Shown here one piece after another: positions 40,981-46,080 of a stretch of 46,080 bases of DNA. The position numbers and the translations under genes are program-made. The stretch is from an uncultured virus (IMG/VR IMGVR_UViG_2061766007_004331) (Duplodnaviria > Heunggongvirae > Uroviricota > Caudoviricetes). The stretch lies in IMG/VR virus record IMGVR_UViG_2061766007_004331, one strand, 5' to 3'. The notes under the pieces are model-generated. The model saw nothing but the letters and a program-made list of their open reading frames with translations, was not told the origin of the DNA and ran no database searches. Position 1 is the stretch's first letter, and each line of letters opens with the position of its first letter.

Positions 40981-42032
40981 ATGTTAGGAAAGAACATTAC
41001 TTATTATCGCCTGAAAAAGGGTATGAGTAAAAAAGNNNNNNNNNNNNNNNNNNNNNNNNNNNNNNNNNNNNNNNNNNNNNNNNNNNNNNTTATGAACAAA
41101 ATCAGCGTACTCCGGACATTATGACTTCAAGGAAGCTAGCTGCTGCCCTAAATACGAATCTAGCTGGTTTAATGGCAACGCAAAATGGACAGCATCAATA
41201 TGCACATCGTGAGTTTAGGAAGCAGAGCAGATTCTCTAAGACGCATCAGGACTATATCTGCACTAGTGTCGAAGATTACTTTGATCGATTCCTAACAGTT
41301 TCTGATATTCTAGGAGCAGGTGCATTGCGAGAGGTTCCCTCCATACATTCGCTGCAACCAACGATGGATGCTGAAGAGGATGCCCGTCAATTGAGAACGT
41401 TGCTAGGTTTTGCGTTAGAAGGTCCAATTCCAAATCTGGTAGGAGCACTTGAAAACAAAGGTATTCTGGTTCTTTTGTTTGAATATGAGAACAATCTCTT
41501 TTCCGGAATGAACGGTCTTGTGGATGATAGACCGTATATTATCATTAACAAACTAATGACTCCGGAGCGACAGCGTTCTACGCTTGTTCATGAACTTGGT
41601 TATGTTTTTTTCCAAGAGCCCGAGCAAGACGACAGCCAATGGGAAAAATATATGACAGCGGTAAGTGGAGCATTCCTGTTCCCCAGAGAAGATGCATATA
41701 ACGAACTAGGCTTTCACCGTAGTTTGGTTACTTCTGATATGGCAATGGTTGCAAAGGAATATGGAATATCTCTCCAAATGTTAGCAAAACGCGCTCAAGT
41801 ATTAGGTATTCTCAATGAACAGGCATATAGGATATTCAATATAAGACTTAATCAACATGGAGGAAGAAAAAACGAGCCAAGCCGGATAGAACAAGAAAAC
41901 ACGAGTTTGTTTGAACAACTGGTTCTCCGAGCTATTGGTGAAGAAGAAATTACTATTTCTAAAGGTGCTGAATTGCTGAGAATACCTCTTTCAGATATGC
42001 GTCATATGACCATGCTGCAGGAGGAGTGCTGA
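40981..42032 (+). CDS. XRE HTH + ImmA/IrrE peptidase-like protein (Zn motif degenerate)
   Basis: MLGKNITYYRLKKGMS HTH start, ERQRSTLVHELGY, EITISKGAELL. Confidence 0.85.
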
Positions 42033-42085
42033 TGCAATTCATAAGCAGTGATACATCCGTTTGGATTGATTTTACTTTGAATTAA
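42032..42085 (+). pseudogene. truncated PIN-domain-like gene
   Basis: MQFISSDTSVWIDF then stop; coupled to XRE-ImmA stop with GGAGG RBS. Confidence 0.55.
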
Positions 42086-42279
42086 TCAATAGAGAACCGG
42101 CTGCTNNNNNNNNNNNNNNNNNNNNNNNNNNNNNNNNNNNNNNNNNNNNNNNNNNNNNNNNNAAAAAGTCGAAGCAATAATGATGGATGATGAAAAGTGC
42201 CTAAATTGAAAAGAAAAAAAAAGCTTGACAATTCCGAAAATTTCGACTAATCTAAAGTTATACTTTGGAGGTGATCGGG

Positions 42280-43503
42280 TTGTATACCATCAAACGTCAT
42301 ATCGAACCGATTGTCAAACGGAGGGCAAAGAATAGTAAAGCTATCCTCCTGACTGGCCCTCGTCAAGTTGGCAAATCAACGCTTTTCAAGCACTTATTCA
42401 AGAATGCAAATCAAGTGACTTTTGATGACAGTCTATTGTTGGCTCAGGCTGAGGAAGACCCGGGACTGTTTCTTTTGAATAATCCTGCACCATTAATGAT
42501 AGATGAGGTTCAAAAATGCCCATCTATTTTCAACCGTTTGAAAATGTATCTGGACAATACTGAAAAAAAGAGTAACTTCTTTTTGACTGGCTCGCAGAAA
42601 CTGGAACTCATGGAAAATGTCAGCGATTCACTGGCTGGNNNNNNNNNNNNNNNNNNNNNNNNNNNNNNNNNNNNNNNNNNNNNNNNNNNNNNNNNNNNNN
42701 NNNNNNNNNNNNNNNNNNNNNNNNNNNNNNNNNNNNNNNNNNNNNNNNNNNNNNNNNNNNNNNNNNGCGGCAGTTATCCTGAGTTGTATGATAATCCAGA
42801 AAGAGAATGGATGGATTATTATCAGTCTTATGTGCAGACATATTTGGAGCGTGATGTAAATAAGCTGATCAAGACTAAAAACCATCTCACATTTGTTAGG
42901 TTTATGACAGCCATTGCGGCCAGAACGGGTCAATTGCTCAACTATGCAAACCTGGCAGATGAGGTAGNNNNNNNNNNTACAATAAAAGAATGGGTTTCTA
43001 TCTTGGAGAGAAGTGCCGTTGTTTATCTTTTAAAACCTTATACGCCTTCCGTATTAAAACGAGCAATAAAAACGCCCAAGATCTACTTTAGAGATACAGG
43101 CCTTTGCAGCTATCTGACTAGGTGGTTAACGGCTGATACACTAAAAAATGGGGCAATGGCCGGAGCTATGTTTGAAACATTTGTAGTGAATGAGATACTC
43201 AAATCATATGCTAATGAAGGCATTCATTACGATTTCGATGTTTTCTTCTATAATGGAAAAGACAAAAAGAGAGAAGAAAAAGATGATGACGGCGAAATAG
43301 ACTTGATCATTCAGGAAGGTGATATCTTATACCCGATCGAAATCAAAAAAACCATGATGCCTAAAGCAATCATGGCTTCTGAGTTTGATGTGTTGGATGG
43401 TGTGCCTGATAAAAAACGTGGTATGGGAGCTATCATATGTCTGCTAGATAGGAAGCTGCTTCTACGAGAAAACTTGGTCGCTTTGCCGTTGAGCTATCTG
43501 TAA
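42280..43503 (+). CDS. AAA_14 ATPase with DUF4143
   Basis: TGPRQVGKST, IDEVQ, LTGSQ, YLERDV, PKIYFRDTGL, EIDLII..PIEIK; promoter TTGACA-17-TAATCT at 42225-42253. Confidence 0.9.
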   Translation: MYTIKRHIEPIVKRRAKNSKAILLTGPRQVGKSTLFKHLFKNANQVTFDDSLLLAQAEEDPGLFLLNNPAPLMIDEVQKCPSIFNRLKMYLDNTEKKSNFFLTGSQKLELMENVSDSLAXXXXXXXXXXXXXXXXXXXXXXXXXXXXXXXXXXXXXXXXXXXXGSYPELYDNPEREWMDYYQSYVQTYLERDVNKLIKTKNHLTFVRFMTAIAARTGQLLNYANLADEVXXXXTIKEWVSILERSAVVYLLKPYTPSVLKRAIKTPKIYFRDTGLCSYLTRWLTADTLKNGAMAGAMFETFVVNEILKSYANEGIHYDFDVFFYNGKDKKREEKDDDGEIDLIIQEGDILYPIEIKKTMMPKAIMASEFDVLDGVPDKKRGMGAIICLLDRKLLLRENLVALPLSYL

Positions 43504-44392
43504 AAAACAATGAAAGAGAACTAATCCAAAGTACAACTTAAGATTTGTCGTTTTCTAATACGGCTGCCCGTATNNNNNNNNNNATCATTACGATTTCGAT
43601 GTTTTCTTCTATAATGGAAAAGACAAAAAGAGAGNNNNNNNNNNNNNNNNNNNNNNNNNNNNNNNNNNNNNNNNNNNNNNNNNNNNNNNNNNNNNNNNNN
43701 NNNNNNNNNNNNNNNNNNNNNNNNNNNNNNNNNNNNNNNNNNNNNNNNNNNNNNNNNNNNNNNNNNNNNNNNNNNNNNNNNNNNNNNNNNNNNNNNNNNN
43801 NNNNNNNNNNNNNNNNNNNNNNNNNNNNNNNNNNNNNNNNNNNNNNNNNNNNNNNNNNNNNNNNNNNNNNNNNNNNNNNNNNNNNNNNNNNNNNNNNNNN
43901 NNNNNNNNNNNNNNNNNNNNNNNNNNNNNNNNNNNNNNNNNNNNNNNNNNNNNNNNNNNNNNNNNNNNNNNNNNNNNNNNNNNNNNNNNNNNNNNNNNNN
44001 NNNNNNNNNNNNNNNNNNNNNNNNNNNNNNNNNNNNNNNNNNNNNNNNNNNNNNNNNNNNNNNNNNNNNNNNNNNNNNNNNNNNNNNNNNNNNNNNNNNN
44101 NNNNNNNNNNNNNNNNNNNNNNNNNNNNNNNNNNNNNNNNNNNNNNNNNNNNNNNNNNNNNNNNNNNNNNNNNNNNNNNNNNNNNNNNNNNNNNNNNNNN
44201 NNNNNNNNNNNNNNNNNNNNNNNNNNNNNNNNNNNNNNNNNNNNNNNNNNNNNNNNNNNNNNNNNNNNNNNNNNNNNNNNNNNNNNNNNNNNNNNNNNNN
44301 NNNNNNNNNNNNNNNNNNNNNNNNNNNNNNNNNNNNNNNNNNNNNNNNNNNNNNNNNNNNNNNNNNNNNNNNNNNNNNNNNNNNNNNNNNNN

Positions 44393-45146
44393 AGTTGGAC
44401 AGAGCAAGCCGCTTGATACGACATCTCCGGAATTAACTACTCACGGAATGCTTCGTAAAGCATGGCGTCATATTGAAGGTAAAGGAATCTATCTTTTCAA
44501 AGGCGGATCAGAAGGCGCTGCGAACACTGGAAACGAACCGTACAGCGAATACTATGCTTGTCAGATTGCCAGGCAGATGGGTTTGAATGCGGTTGAATAT
44601 GACCTTGAGCAGTGGAAAGGCATTCTTGCATCAACATGCAGGCTTTTCACAGATATAAACACATCCTATATTCCAATAGGCAGGATCGTAAAAACCGGTG
44701 GAATACAAGCATGTCTGGATTACTATGCAGGTATCAGCGAAAGCGCACTTCAAGAGATAAAAAGCATGCTGGTTTTCGATGCTGTGATCTACAATGAAGA
44801 TCGGCATTTCGGCAACTTCGGTATTTTACGGGATAATCATACAGGAAAGGTACTCGGCGCGGCTCCTATTTTCGACAATGGCCTGTCACTATTTAATTAT
44901 GCGATGCAGGATGACATATACCATCTGGATGAATATGCCAAAACAAGGGCTAATCCTTACGGCATCCCGTATGAGACAGTCTGCCGAGAAGTTATGGGAA
45001 ACAAGCAACGTGTTCAATTACACAAACTGATCAATTTCCATTTTGTGCGGCATCCTTCCATTAATTTGCCCGAAGAGCGACTTGTACCAATAGAAAAACA
45101 AATCCAGAAACGTGTCAGGGAACTACTGGCATTGCCCAAGAGATAA
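44393..45146 (+). CDS. HipA/CtkA-like kinase, C-terminal part (start in gap)
   Basis: GMLRKAW, YLFKG, EPYSE, NEDRHFGNFG, APIFDNG. Confidence 0.85.
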
Positions 45147-45711
45147 ACTACATAGTGTTTGATACGGCTGCCCGTGTACCACAGACAGTCCCCAGGTACT
45201 GACCTTGGGAACTNNNNNNNNNNCCAAATTAAGAAAGCAGTGCTTTTAGGAACTTGAGGGTTCTGACCAGCATTTTATCTATGGGTACAAACAAAGGATT
45301 TGACAATCTATATTGGATCAGCCTATATCAACATTGGGTATCNNNNNNNNNNNNNNNNNNNNNNNNNNNNNNNNNNNNNNNAAGATATCCCCAACACCCT
45401 ACATGAATACCCTGCGTATAAACGCAAGCCTTCGAGTGAAGAGGACATCTCTAATGATGAATTTAGCACAACGATAGTTAGTTGTCAATGAAACAAAGAC
45501 TCAATCAAGCAAATTATTCAAAGCCCTCTTCTTGTCCTTTGTTGTGATGATCCTTGCAAAGTGACCGGCAGTTCTTCGTATAACAAATTGATTCAATATT
45601 GCCAAGGCACGAAATGACGTATTCAATGACAGTGGCAGGGAGCAATCAGACAGTCACCCAAGGNNNNNNNNNNNNNNNNNNGGAAAAAAGAAATAAATAT
45701 CCTGACTGGAG

Positions 45712-45752
45712 TTGACTTATTTCGAAAACAGAGCGTATATGTTACTGATCAT
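45712..45752 (+). promoter_or_regulatory. third copy of the conserved element promoter
   Basis: TTGACTT-N12-GAGCGTATATGTTACTGATCATTT. Confidence 0.65.
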
Positions 45753-45945
45753 TTTCACGGAGGTAACTGAAGTATTAGACGATTGATAGCTTACTGGAGA
45801 GATACGTGAAATCAATCATTGCTGTTAAGACTTTTAAGACTCTTCGGCGGTATCCGCTTCTATAGACTTCAGAGGTATGTTTGGTGGGATAATCAGAAAA
45901 AAAGCTAAAGATTATTCGGATCAATGATGAAGGAGGAATTTGCCC

Positions 45946-45992
45946 TTGAAATATGAAAGAGATGTCTGCAGAAGCCAGGTAGTAACTTACTA
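45946..45992 (+). CDS. probable start of another serine recombinase paralogous to 36661
   Basis: AGGAGG RBS, TTG, MKYERDVCRSQVVTY vs MKRYERDTRRGEVEI; upstream DNA also homologous. Confidence 0.5.
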
Positions 45993-46080
45993 NNNNNNNN
46001 NNTTGGTCGCCAACAACCTCGTATCCGTACGCGACGACGTTGAGATGAAGGTCGATACCTCCGCCATCGCCGCTGTCAAT

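Larger units (their letters stand above)
35619..45146 (+). mobile_element. triple serine-recombinase module with cargo
   Basis: three tandem large serine recombinases followed by regulator, ATPase and kinase cargo; att sites not identified. Confidence 0.6.

Noticed and set aside
46003..46080. GC-rich terminal fragment
   Set aside because: Too short to assign.

Overview
Gappy scaffold, probably metagenome-assembled, from an anaerobic Firmicute (Clostridia-like genes, sigma-A promoters, strong GGAGG RBSs). The whole window looks like mobile or accessory DNA. Bases 1-25 kb carry a GC-richer phage-type module: small early-type genes and a gamma-glutamylcyclotransferase on +, then a long minus-strand replication operon (DUF2800 nuclease, DUF2815 SSB, family A DNA polymerase, DUF3846, primase/VapE helicase with a GTAACA-repeat origin, SNF2 helicase, VRR-NUC, anaerobic RNR nrdD/nrdG, ArpU/DUF1492-like regulator, metK). 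No capsid, tail or terminase genes are visible. Bases 26-33 kb carry a divergent ImmA/IrrE-HTH versus XRE-S24 repressor pair and a damage-response-like cluster (Y-family polymerase, YolD-like, SLOG, RLIG1/C12orf29-like ligase). Bases 33-46 kb carry AbiEi, DUF4143 ATPases, three tandem large serine recombinases, XRE-ImmA, a HipA-like kinase and the apparent start of a second related recombinase cluster. The most unusual signals are about 12 co-oriented copies of a ~15-bp motif in the first 2.5 kb, 4x 23-bp-period repeat arrays upstream of two different DUF4143 ATPases, the RLIG1-like/SLOG cluster, and several antitoxin-like genes whose partners are stubs. Several contigs are misordered, inverted or duplicated at gaps. 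All family calls come from motif recognition by eye, not database searches.
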